Positions 10,146 to 19,185 are shown, numbered from the stretch's first letter. The stretch: 64,000 nucleotides of DNA from an uncultured Anaerolineales bacterium (GCA_964651255.1 CAZYWU010000001.1:131890-195889); one strand, 5' to 3'. The notes: generated by a model from the sequence alone, not told the origin. Numbers and translations are program-made.

Positions 10146-10196
10146 CGGGCGGGCTCTGGCCCGCCCGCTGTTACCCCTGCTATGTGGCCTCGGTTG

Positions 10197-10961
10197 CTAA
10201 AAGGTGAACAGGCCCAGATATTGGGCGGCCAGCACCACCAGAGACAGGGCGAGCACCAGCCGCACAAAATCCTGGCCTTTATCCATCGCCACCCGGCTGC
10301 TAATCCACGATCCGAGACCGTAGCCAATCGCCAGCACTATTCCATATACCCAGTCGACCTGCCCCTGCAGCGCAAAGATCAGGATCGCCACCACGGTGTA
10401 TACGGCGGTTACAAAGACCTTGTGCATGTTGGCCTTGATCAAGTCCACGCCGGCAGTCACGACCAGCGCAGCGATCAAGAAGAAGCCCACGCCCGCCTGG
10501 ATGGCTCCTCCGTACACGCCGATCAGAAAGAACACGACGTAACTGATTGCCCTGCGTCGTGGCGTCATGGTCACCTGCCGGCCCTCAAGCCACTTTTTGG
10601 GGTTGACGATCAGGATGACCAGCATAATGAGCATGCAGACACCCAGCACGCGTTCAAACACCGCCTCGGGAAGGTCGACGACGACCAGCGCCCCGACGAT
10701 GGCCCCAAAGAGCGCCGGAATCGCAAACTGAAGGCTGGTCTTCATTTCCGAGGCGCCCTTACTGCGAAAGCCGAGCGCACCGGCGATGGCACCGAGCAGC
10801 ACGCCGAGGCGATTGCTGCCGTTGGCGACGCCGATGGGGAGGCCGATCAGGTCCAGGGCAGCCAGCGTCAAAAACGAGCCGCCTCCGGCAAGGGTATTGA
10901 TAACGCCGGAGAAAAAACCGGCGACTACCAGTAGCGCGGCATGGGCCAGGGTAATCTGCAT
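10197..10961 (-). CDS. TauE/SafE-family (DUF81) sulfite/anion exporter membrane protein
   Basis: 254 aa, about 8 TM helices with the glycine-rich repeats (LAGGGSFLT...) of the TauE family. Confidence 0.75.
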   Translation of the reverse strand: MQITLAHAALLVVAGFFSGVINTLAGGGSFLTLAALDLIGLPIGVANGSNRLGVLLGAIAGALGFRSKGASEMKTSLQFAIPALFGAIVGALVVVDLPEAVFERVLGVCMLIMLVILIVNPKKWLEGRQVTMTPRRRAISYVVFFLIGVYGGAIQAGVGFFLIAALVVTAGVDLIKANMHKVFVTAVYTVVAILIFALQGQVDWVYGIVLAIGYGLGSWISSRVAMDKGQDFVRLVLALSLVVLAAQYLGLFTF

Positions 10962-11058
10962 ATGCGCTCCTTGCTTGAGTGAAAATGAACCTATCCGAGT
11001 ATAGCGGGTCTTCAGGGAGGGGCAACTCGGAGATGCTGTAGTAGGCGTGGCCAGCCGG

Positions 11059-11086
11059 TTGACGAGGCACGACCAGCCAGTATAAT
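11059..11086 (+). promoter_or_regulatory. sigma70-type promoter (TTGACG-16-TATAAT) upstream of larE
   Basis: TTGACG at 11059-11064 and TATAAT at 11081-11086, with the larE ATG at 11111. Confidence 0.55.
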
Positions 11087-11110
11087 GGAAAACCTGTCGG
11101 GGGTATTTGC

Positions 11111-11923
11111 ATGGACCAGGATCTGAATATCAAGGAACAGCGCCTGAGGCAGATTCTACGGGATCTGTCATCCGTCGCCGTGGCCTTTTCCGGCGGCGTC
11201 GACAGCAGCTACCTGCTGGCGGCCTGTATCGACACGCTGGGTGCCGATCGGGTGACCGCTGTGACGATTGACTCGCCGCTCCTGCCGCGGTCGGAACTGG
11301 CCACGGCGCAGGAGATCGCACGCCTGCTCGGCGCGGATCATCATGTCGTCAAATTGGATGAGGTGAGTGACGGGATGATCGCCAGTAATCCTCCCGACCG
11401 GTGTTACTACTGCAAGCGCCTTCGCTTCAAGACCCTGCGGGCGCTGGTCGCCGCGACAGCGCCGGATCGCGTGCTGTTGCACGGCGACAATGCGGATGAT
11501 CATCTCGACTACCGCCCCGGCGGCCGAGCAGCAGCAGAGCTGGGGGTCCGTGCCCCACTGGCAGAGGCTGGGCTGACCAAAGCAGAGATACGCAAGCTGT
11601 CTCAGCGGCGCGGCCTGCCCACCTGGGACCATCCCGCGGAGGCCTGCCTGGCAACGCGGTTTCCAACTGGCACGACGCTGACGGCAGAGGCTCTGGCGCG
11701 GGTGGAGCGCGCCGAGTCGGCGTTGCACGATATCCTGGGTGTTGGGGGGTTGCGCGTTCGAGATCATTACCCCGTCGCCCGCATCGAACTGCCCTCCGGA
11801 ATGATTGCCGCTGTGGCGCAAGAACCCCTCCGAGACAGGATCGTCACGGTGCTGAGGGATGCCGGATACCGTTACGTGACGCTGGATCTGAGCGGATATC
11901 GCATGGGGAGCATGAATGACTAA
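11111..11923 (+). CDS. larE: PP-loop ATP pyrophosphatase, LarE-like sacrificial sulfur transferase
   Basis: SGGVDSS PP-loop and a CYYCK cysteine motif, in the LarE size range. Immediately followed by larB. Confidence 0.75.
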   Translation: MDQDLNIKEQRLRQILRDLSSVAVAFSGGVDSSYLLAACIDTLGADRVTAVTIDSPLLPRSELATAQEIARLLGADHHVVKLDEVSDGMIASNPPDRCYYCKRLRFKTLRALVAATAPDRVLLHGDNADDHLDYRPGGRAAAELGVRAPLAEAGLTKAEIRKLSQRRGLPTWDHPAEACLATRFPTGTTLTAEALARVERAESALHDILGVGGLRVRDHYPVARIELPSGMIAAVAQEPLRDRIVTVLRDAGYRYVTLDLSGYRMGSMND

Positions 11924-12680
11924 CCGAGAGAACGCTGATCACCTCAATAACCTGTCCGATGCCGTGCTGGATTTTTCGCGGGAGCATCGCAAGGGCGTGC
12001 CGGAGATCATCTATACCGGCAGCAAGGATGACGAGCAGAGCCTGGCGATCGCTGATCGCTTTCTCGAGGCCACTGGCAGGGCGATCTTGAGTCGGGTGTC
12101 GCCTTCGCTTGAGGCGAAAATCGCGGACAGGTACCGCGATGATCAGCTTGAATGGTACGGTTCTTCGCGCATTGCGATCATTCGGCGCGGTTCTAAGCCG
12201 GCCCGCTCTGGCGGCCGTGTGGGGATCCTGACGGCAGGCACTTCGGATAGGCCTACCGCTGAGGAGGCAGCCATCGTGTGTCAGGAGATGGGCTGCACTG
12301 TCTCTGCCCAGTACGATGTCGGGGTGGCTGGGCTGCACCGCCTCTTTGACCCGCTGCGCCAGCTATTGCAGGTCGATGATGTGGATGTCATCATCGTAGC
12401 CGCTGGTATGGATGGCGCCTTGCCTTCGGTGGTTTCCGGCCTGGTCGACGTGCCGGTGATCGGGTTGCCCACGCCGGTTGGCTATGGCAAGGGCGGCCAG
12501 GGTGAGGCGGCGCTTTTGGCGATGCTGCAGACCTGCTCTCCGGGTCTGGCTGTGGTCAACATCGACAACGGCGTCGGGGCAGGTGTGACAGCCGCTCTGA
12601 TCGCTAATCGCGCGGAAAAACAGCGCGCTCTGGCCCGTGCATCTGTCGCGTCGCCCGGGGATCAGGACTCACAGGCATGA
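11916..12680 (+). CDS. larB: nickel-pincer cofactor biosynthesis protein LarB (PurE-like pyridinium-3,5-biscarboxylic acid mononucleotide synthase)
   Basis: PurE-like core GILTAGTSDRPTAEEAAIVCQEMG with the N-terminal extension characteristic of LarB. Confidence 0.8.
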   Translation: MTNRENADHLNNLSDAVLDFSREHRKGVPEIIYTGSKDDEQSLAIADRFLEATGRAILSRVSPSLEAKIADRYRDDQLEWYGSSRIAIIRRGSKPARSGGRVGILTAGTSDRPTAEEAAIVCQEMGCTVSAQYDVGVAGLHRLFDPLRQLLQVDDVDVIIVAAGMDGALPSVVSGLVDVPVIGLPTPVGYGKGGQGEAALLAMLQTCSPGLAVVNIDNGVGAGVTAALIANRAEKQRALARASVASPGDQDSQA

Positions 12681-13156
12681 GCAGCGACGACGCGACACCC
12701 ACGCAGGTCATCTTGCTCGAATGCAACCTCGATGACATGACGGGTGAGGCGCTGGGCCATGCCCTGGAGCGCCTGCTCGGCGCCGGGGCGCTCGATGTCT
12801 GGTACACACCGATCTATGCGAAAAAGAACCGCCCTGCGGTGATGCTATCCGTGCTCTGCCGGGCCTCCGACGACGAGCGGATGACCGAAATGGTGCTTAC
12901 CGAGACGAGTTCGCTCGGCGTCCGAAGACGTGTGGTAGATCGCGTCATCTGCGCTCGGGAGACCCTAATTGTCCAGACACCCTGGGGCCCAGTTGGCTGC
13001 AAGGTCAAGCGATTCAATGGCCGTGTGCTGAGCGTCAAGCCCGAATATGACGATTGCGCGCGCCTGGCCAGTGAACACAACCTGCCCCTGGAGCAGGTCA
13101 CCGAGCGGGCGCGCACCTCCGCCTGGGATGAGCTGGAACGGGACGATATCGTCTGA
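12677..13156 (+). CDS. larC: LarC C-terminal half only (DUF111 C-terminal/CTP-binding region)
   Basis: LECNLDDMTGE...GALDVWYTPIYAKKNRPAVMLSVLC matches the mid/C-terminal region of DUF111. The N-terminal roughly 230 aa of full-length LarC are absent. ATGA overlap with the larB stop. Confidence 0.6.
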   Translation: MSSDDATPTQVILLECNLDDMTGEALGHALERLLGAGALDVWYTPIYAKKNRPAVMLSVLCRASDDERMTEMVLTETSSLGVRRRVVDRVICARETLIVQTPWGPVGCKVKRFNGRVLSVKPEYDDCARLASEHNLPLEQVTERARTSAWDELERDDIV

Positions 13157-13196
13157 TATCGTCCCATCCTCGATCGATATCGTATTCACGCTGCGG

Positions 13197-16169
13197 CTAC
13201 TCGTTCAGCGTGACCCAGTCTGTGCTCCCACTGTATCCCACCAGCTTGATGCGCACCTTGGCGGCTGTGCCCGCTTCCGGCTCTGTGCCGGTCACAATCA
13301 GCACCTCGTAGGTGCGGACGGCGGGACTAAGTTCGCCGAGGCCCGGGATCGGCTCGAAGACAAAGCTGGGCGGCAGAATCCCGATGATGCCGCCGAGTGA
13401 AAAGGTTGGCGTGGGCCCGGTATACGGTGTGGGCGTCCTGGTAGGTACGGCGGTTCTTGTCGGTGTGGGTGTCGGCAATGCGGCGCACACCATCAGGCTG
13501 CCGTCGTCCTTGTCGGAAGCGATCCAGCGGTCAAACACAAAGGGGATATACCCCGAGTCGCCCGCCACCAGCACCCTGTCCACATACCAATCGGGGCTGT
13601 AGCCTGTGTTGTCGTGTTGCAGGCAGACCTCTTTGTACGTCCCCACAAACTCGCCCGGGATGACAAATCCCCTGGCCTCCGCCGGCCCGAACACCGGTGT
13701 GGGTGTGGGTGTTGTCGTGGGCGAAGGCTGTGGCGTCGGCGAGGGCATATTGGCGATCGCAGCGGCTGTGCCGGCCGCGTCGGCCGTTGCCTGCATGGCT
13801 GCCATGGCAGCCTGCTGTGTGGCTTCTGCCTGGGCCTCTGCGGTCTTGGCCTCGGCAGTGCTCTCAGCAGCGACCGTCTTGCCCTCTGCTGCGACTGTCT
13901 TGGCCTCGTCTGTGCTCGACATCATCATGGCTAGCGCCATCTGGGTCGCGGTTTCCTGTGCTACCTGTGTCTGCTGCCGTTCGCCTCGTGTCTCGGCCGT
14001 CTGGGTGGCATAGACGATCGCCTGGGCGACCGCCGTGGCCTCTGCGGCGCGTTCTTTCTGCCTGTTCGTGTAGGCAAGCCCGATGGCCGCGGCAACGATG
14101 ACCACAAGCGTGGTCAGGAGGGGGATAGCCCAGGTGGGCAGCCAGGGCTTGACCTGGAGAGATGCCTGCGTGGTGGCAATCTGCTCGCCGTTCGCAAGCG
14201 CGGTGATGGCGTAGCTGTGCGTCTCTGGGCTACCCATCAACGCGCGCTTGCCGCGCATGGCGATGGGCAGTGAGACGTCTTTGAGCGTGCCAGCAGGCAC
14301 CGCCACAGGGGAACTCGGTGCGGTCGGCGTCAGGACCTGGTCCGGATCCTCCACAGCTAGAATGATCGATTCGGTAGCGTTGCCCTGGTTGCTGACGGTC
14401 ACGCGTCCCCTGCCAGCGTTGGTGATCGTTCGCGGCGTGACAGAGAGCGAGAGATCGCGGAATGGCTCAACATTCAGGGTGCCGGTGGCAGCCACGCTCT
14501 GCGCGGGTTGTGACTGGGAATAGACCCGGATCGAGTAGGTATGCTCACCAGCGCTGCTGGCAGGGCTCCTGGGCGCTGTGATGCGAATTGTCATCGTGCC
14601 TGCGTCGCCGGGCGCAAGGCGCAGGGGATCCTGTGGCATGGCGACCCACTCGGCGGGGATGCCTTCAATCGAGGGCATGAGATGGTCCACCTGTTGCTGG
14701 CGGTTGAGCAGACGCACCGTGACCACAGCGGGGACGCCAGTGCGAATCCGCTGACTGGGAGGATCCAGTGTCACCTGAATCGGGTCTGCCGCGTCAGCGA
14801 TGGCGCGGGGCGCGTAGGTGGCGGCTCCCGCGGGCGGCTCCGCCGGGGCGTCTGCGCCTGACACGCCCTGAAGCTTGAGCCAGTGATTGCCTATCCGCAC
14901 ACTCTGGGCCGGTCGCCAGGGCTCTGAAACGCCTGGCAGCAGCCGGTTGTCTCCCACCCATGTCCCATTGGTCGAGTTCAGATCGGTGATCTGGAACTTG
15001 CCCTGAGCGATCGTGATCTGCGCGTGGTGGCGCGAGACCTGCGAGTCGGCCAGCGTAATGTCGTTGTCGGGGTCACGGCCGATGGTGATTCTGCGCCGTG
15101 AGCCCAGCGCGAAGGAGCGGGTGGTGCCATCTTCCTGCAGGATGATAATCTGGCCCCCGGGCGTGGCGCTCGAGGGTGGTGTCGGCCAGCGATCCTTCTC
15201 AGGCGGGGGCTGGGGTTGCTCTCTGGACACCATGGTCGCCAGGCTTGCTTTGGGAGCCGGGGTGCCGGCTGTCATCGTGTGCTCGGCCGGCCTGGCGAGC
15301 GAGACCCGCGCGGCGTCGAGCGCCGACCGCAGCTCCCCGGCGTTCTGGTAACGATCGCCGGGTGACTTGGCGAGTGCCTTGAGGATGATCTCCTCTACCT
15401 GGGATGGGATCTCTGGATCCACTGACCGGGGTGGGGGCGGGGGCTCCTTGGTGTGGGCACGGATCGCCTCGGTGAGCGTATGCACCTCAAAGGGCAAGCG
15501 ACCGGTAACCATCTCATAGAGCACGATCCCGAGGGCGTAGATATCGGCTCGCCCGTCGATGTCGCCGCCCTCGCACTGCTCGGGGGCCATGTAGGCCGGG
15601 GTGCCCATGCTGGTGCCCGGCATGCTCATGATGCCGCCCTCGGATAGTTTGGCCAGCCCAAAGTCGGTCAGCATCGGATGAAACCCCAGGCCGAACGGGT
15701 CCGTCTGCCCGGGTTCCAGCGGCCGCAGGATTACGTTTCCCGGTTTGATGTCGCGGTGGAACACGCCCCGCGCATGGGCATAGCCTAGAGCGTCCGAGAC
15801 CTGTTCAACGATGGCGAGTGACTCGGGGAGCGCTAGCACCATCCCTCGCTCACTCAGCAGGTGCAGCCAGTCCTGCAGGTTCTGGCCCGGGATAAAGGCC
15901 ATGACGATATAGAGCAGCGTCGGATCGCGCGAAAAGGCATAGATCTGTACGATGCCCGGATGATCGAGCGCAGCAATCGCGCGCGCCTCTTGCATAAACC
16001 GCTCACGAAATCCCTGCTGCTGGGCGATGTGGCTGTGCATCACCTTGATGGCGACGGCGCGGTTCAGTGCGACATCCTGTGCACGAAACACGGCGCCCAT
16101 GCCGCCCTGCCCCAGGAGCTTTTCTATGCGATAGGTATTGTCCAGGACTGTGCCTACAAGGCCTTCCAT
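13197..16169 (-). CDS. membrane Ser/Thr protein kinase with FHA domain, Ig-like repeats, one TM helix and a PLAT-like C-terminal ectodomain
   Basis: N-terminal Hanks kinase (GQGGMGAVF, HRDIKPGNV, DFGLA). FHA domain (GR...SRHHA...NGT). TM helix WAIPLLTTLVVIVAAAIGLAY. A/T/Q and P/T linkers. C-terminus with HDNTG...W and TG...AGT PLAT-like signatures. True start is the ATG at 16169 with a GGAGAG SD; the ORF beginning at 16337 is over-extended. Confidence 0.85.
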   Translation of the reverse strand: MEGLVGTVLDNTYRIEKLLGQGGMGAVFRAQDVALNRAVAIKVMHSHIAQQQGFRERFMQEARAIAALDHPGIVQIYAFSRDPTLLYIVMAFIPGQNLQDWLHLLSERGMVLALPESLAIVEQVSDALGYAHARGVFHRDIKPGNVILRPLEPGQTDPFGLGFHPMLTDFGLAKLSEGGIMSMPGTSMGTPAYMAPEQCEGGDIDGRADIYALGIVLYEMVTGRLPFEVHTLTEAIRAHTKEPPPPPRSVDPEIPSQVEEIILKALAKSPGDRYQNAGELRSALDAARVSLARPAEHTMTAGTPAPKASLATMVSREQPQPPPEKDRWPTPPSSATPGGQIIILQEDGTTRSFALGSRRRITIGRDPDNDITLADSQVSRHHAQITIAQGKFQITDLNSTNGTWVGDNRLLPGVSEPWRPAQSVRIGNHWLKLQGVSGADAPAEPPAGAATYAPRAIADAADPIQVTLDPPSQRIRTGVPAVVTVRLLNRQQQVDHLMPSIEGIPAEWVAMPQDPLRLAPGDAGTMTIRITAPRSPASSAGEHTYSIRVYSQSQPAQSVAATGTLNVEPFRDLSLSVTPRTITNAGRGRVTVSNQGNATESIILAVEDPDQVLTPTAPSSPVAVPAGTLKDVSLPIAMRGKRALMGSPETHSYAITALANGEQIATTQASLQVKPWLPTWAIPLLTTLVVIVAAAIGLAYTNRQKERAAEATAVAQAIVYATQTAETRGERQQTQVAQETATQMALAMMMSSTDEAKTVAAEGKTVAAESTAEAKTAEAQAEATQQAAMAAMQATADAAGTAAAIANMPSPTPQPSPTTTPTPTPVFGPAEARGFVIPGEFVGTYKEVCLQHDNTGYSPDWYVDRVLVAGDSGYIPFVFDRWIASDKDDGSLMVCAALPTPTPTRTAVPTRTPTPYTGPTPTFSLGGIIGILPPSFVFEPIPGLGELSPAVRTYEVLIVTGTEPEAGTAAKVRIKLVGYSGSTDWVTLNE

Positions 16170-16183
16170 GATCTTCTCTCCGC

Positions 16184-17182
16184 CTAGGTGATCTGGAGCG
16201 TGTAACTTGTGTGCGCCGGGCGATTTACATCGATGATGCGCTCGATGATCCGCCGGTCGATCTCTCGATCCCCGCTGACGATAATCACACGAAAGGTGTG
16301 CGGGCCGTCGACATTTTCCTCTATTCGAACCTCGCATCCCGTGGCGATGCGCAGATGGGTCGATAGCCCGTCAACGGTGCCTCTCGCCTGGTGCAGCCAG
16401 TTGGCTTTGAGCAGCAACTCTCGTTGTGTCTCCGGCGACCAGTGCTCGTCGACCAGATGGGCCATCCAGTCGTTGAGCCACGGCAGGAACGTCTCCGGTG
16501 CGGTATCTGGATTCAGGAACATGTCCCAGTGGGCAACGATCTGCTGGATTGGGCCGATCAGATCCTCAAAGACCAGCAGATAGCGCCCGATAAAGTCCGT
16601 TTGGGCGTATATCGGCGGAAGGTACTGCAGCCAGCGGCTTGCCCGCGATGGCATACCCACCCAGGGCTGAACAGGCGCCGGTCCCATCACGGTGATCGGG
16701 GCCTCTGGCGGCGGGCCAGCGGGGCTCTCCGGTGGTCGCCTGGAGGCGCGCCGGGTACCCAGCCGCTCCAGCATGGCCAGGTCCACGGGGGGCGACTCTA
16801 TTTCTTGCTCAGGCGGCACCTCTGCTTCTGGCGTTTCTTCGTGCGCTGTCATAGAGGGCTCTTCCGTCACAAGCTGCTCAAAGGTCAGGCGGAATGGCCC
16901 GATCGCGATCACATCGCCGGGCTTGAGGGGCCGCGGCTCGTTAGGGGCCAGGGGCAAGTCGTTCAGCTGCGTCCCGTTGCTGCTGCCGAGATCTTCGATC
17001 CGGTACGGTTCGCGATCGCCCAGGATCCTAGCATGAACCCGCGACACCCAGGCGTGAGCAAGAACCAGGCTGGCCTGGGTCGAGTCGCGGCCAATCAGGA
17101 CCAGCGGCTCCTCAATCGTATACTCTCTGGCCGGTTCGTCGGGTGACACGATCACCAGCCTGTAACGAGGTTGCTGAGTCAT
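16184..17182 (-). CDS. CIS baseplate wedge protein, P2 gpI-like (Afp12-type), with N-terminal FHA domain
   Basis: N-terminal FHA (LVLIGRDSTQASLVLAHAWVSRVHARI...SSNGTQLN), a Pro-rich linker, and a C-terminal Tail_P2_I-like domain (FLPWLNDWMAHLVDEHWS...). ATG at 17182, 10 nt after the baseplate-J stop. Confidence 0.75.
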   Translation of the reverse strand: MTQQPRYRLVIVSPDEPAREYTIEEPLVLIGRDSTQASLVLAHAWVSRVHARILGDREPYRIEDLGSSNGTQLNDLPLAPNEPRPLKPGDVIAIGPFRLTFEQLVTEEPSMTAHEETPEAEVPPEQEIESPPVDLAMLERLGTRRASRRPPESPAGPPPEAPITVMGPAPVQPWVGMPSRASRWLQYLPPIYAQTDFIGRYLLVFEDLIGPIQQIVAHWDMFLNPDTAPETFLPWLNDWMAHLVDEHWSPETQRELLLKANWLHQARGTVDGLSTHLRIATGCEVRIEENVDGPHTFRVIIVSGDREIDRRIIERIIDVNRPAHTSYTLQIT

Positions 17183-17192
17183 CTCGTCAGCC

Positions 17193-19178
17193 TCATTCCA
17201 CCATGATCTCGACCTGGTGAATATCGGAAACAACGACCTCGTGCGCCAGCAAGTCGATCTTGCGGTCCGCCTGGTGGGCACGATCCTCGTCGTCGATCCA
17301 ATACATGTCGATGTTCTGAACGTTGAGCAAGCCCTCTACCTTTTGGATACAGCTGTAGAGATCGGAAAGGTACAACTCGCGGCCGAAAGGCCATCCGGTG
17401 CCCGCCGGCCCGCCACGGAGCGGGTTCACGAACCGGTCCAGCGCTGAGCGGATGTCCGCACCCAGGCGCCGTTCATCGACCTCCGGTCGCGCTATGACCT
17501 GTGCGCTGATACGGATGCGCTTGTAGCCTGCAGCCTGTACCTCAAGCTGGGTCGTCAGCAGGCGGCGGGCGTTCAGAAACGCCGTGATCCGCTCCTGGAG
17601 GTCGGATGAAAGCGCCAGCCGGGGCAGGGGAATGTAGTGGGTGGCCTCCTCTTCAGGCAGGTTCGGAATCACGAGCACGTACACCTGGCCAGGGCCACTG
17701 CGGTCCGCTCCCATACCCGCAAAGGCCGTCTGGAGGCAACACACACGGGCAACCTCGCCCTTGAAGGCATCCAGGGTGAGGAACTCATAGTCCTCCGGCG
17801 TGACCGCGCGGTAACGCGATCGCAGCAGGTTGCGGGCCCGAAACATGGCCTGTTCGAGTGTCTCCTGATCCAAACCGCCCTGTGCTGCTGTGCGGTTTGA
17901 GGTGCGGTCGATGTAGGCCAGCGCCGCACGCGGCTCGGTGATCGAGGCTGCCCGCACATTGCCTGCCGTACCGCCGCCATAGCGGTAGCGCGAGAACCGG
18001 AGCTCAGCCCCGCGTGGCGGCAGGGCACCGTAGCGCAACACGGTACCGTCGCGCTGCCGGAGTGCGGGTCCAAAGCGTACCTCGCCGGTCGCGCTGTCCA
18101 GCGCGTAATGACGGTCCTGAGGGCCAGATTCGGCGAGGGTTTCAACCTCCTCCCATGGCTCCCATCCCTCCATGCCCGGCATCCAGATTTCGACGCGCTC
18201 ATCCGCGTGGCGCGGCAGGACGGGCGTGTGTTCCAGATGGAACACTTGGCCAGGAGACCCGTCGCTCCTGCCCAGCGCCTCATTGGCGATTTCTGTGGCA
18301 TGCGAGGCCATCACGGTCGCGCCCCAGGTCACCATTTCCAGACGCCGCAGAATGGGCGAGGTGGCGTAGGGGCGCTGATCTTCGCGCGGCGGCGTCACCT
18401 GACAGCGGATCCAGTAGGCTTCGATGCCATTGATCTCGGAGCGCGACATGACAGGCAGGTGCATCCGGACCTGTCCGGTAAAGCTCATACCGCCGGTCGA
18501 GTCCACCTCAACGTCCGTGTCGCGCCAGCCATTGGCGGTCCATGCCTGCCAGACGATGGGCGGCGATTCGGGGATGATATTCAGTCCCCCGGCCCGCACG
18601 GCAGCCATGTCCAACCCGATATAATGATGGTCCAGATTGACGTCGAACCCGACGTACAGCGCGTCGCCCTCGGCGGGGCGGTCCGGGCTGAATACGGAGA
18701 ACTCGCCGCTCAGCCGGGCCAGGGGCACCTCGTGATAGGCCATGCCGCCGTCGGCGCTGCGATAGCGCGTGACGATGTGCAGCAGCCGGGCGGGGCGGAT
18801 CTCCAGGCTCTCCTCGGTGGTAAAGACTACCGCCTCGCCGCCGGCTCGTGACGTGGCTGTGGCGGTGCCTCGCGGGACCGTGATGGTCTGCTGTTGTGGC
18901 GCGGAGAGGTAAAAGGTCACCGGCACAGAGGCAGCCTGCGGTGGCTCGAGTTGGATGCCCAGCAGGTTGAGCAGTTCGATATAGTGCCGCGCCGGCATCT
19001 GGTTGACCCGGTAGAGCAGGATATCGACCATCCATGCGAACAACTCAATCAGAGTGACGCCCGGGTCGCTGACGTTGTGGTCCGTCCATTCCGGACAATA
19101 CAGCGGGATGCGCCTCTTGGCCTCATCGACCAGGTCCTGAAAGGAGCGATCGTCGAGCGGCTGCGTGGGTAACGGCAT
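17193..19178 (-). CDS. CIS baseplate protein, phage baseplate J / gp6-like (Afp11-type)
   Basis: 661 aa with the N-terminal PLYCPEWTDHNVSDPGVTLIELFAWM motif of the baseplate-J family (TIGR02243-like). Confidence 0.85.
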   Translation of the reverse strand: MPLPTQPLDDRSFQDLVDEAKRRIPLYCPEWTDHNVSDPGVTLIELFAWMVDILLYRVNQMPARHYIELLNLLGIQLEPPQAASVPVTFYLSAPQQQTITVPRGTATATSRAGGEAVVFTTEESLEIRPARLLHIVTRYRSADGGMAYHEVPLARLSGEFSVFSPDRPAEGDALYVGFDVNLDHHYIGLDMAAVRAGGLNIIPESPPIVWQAWTANGWRDTDVEVDSTGGMSFTGQVRMHLPVMSRSEINGIEAYWIRCQVTPPREDQRPYATSPILRRLEMVTWGATVMASHATEIANEALGRSDGSPGQVFHLEHTPVLPRHADERVEIWMPGMEGWEPWEEVETLAESGPQDRHYALDSATGEVRFGPALRQRDGTVLRYGALPPRGAELRFSRYRYGGGTAGNVRAASITEPRAALAYIDRTSNRTAAQGGLDQETLEQAMFRARNLLRSRYRAVTPEDYEFLTLDAFKGEVARVCCLQTAFAGMGADRSGPGQVYVLVIPNLPEEEATHYIPLPRLALSSDLQERITAFLNARRLLTTQLEVQAAGYKRIRISAQVIARPEVDERRLGADIRSALDRFVNPLRGGPAGTGWPFGRELYLSDLYSCIQKVEGLLNVQNIDMYWIDDEDRAHQADRKIDLLAHEVVVSDIHQVEIMVE

Positions 19179-19185
19179 AGTAGCG

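Noticed and set aside
13600-14110. Cluster of plus-strand ORFs (135, 106 and 134 aa) rich in Cys/Ala/Val within the kinase gene
   Set aside because: Antisense to the kinase's low-complexity A/T/Q stalk region. Repeats in the sense strand create long open antisense frames.
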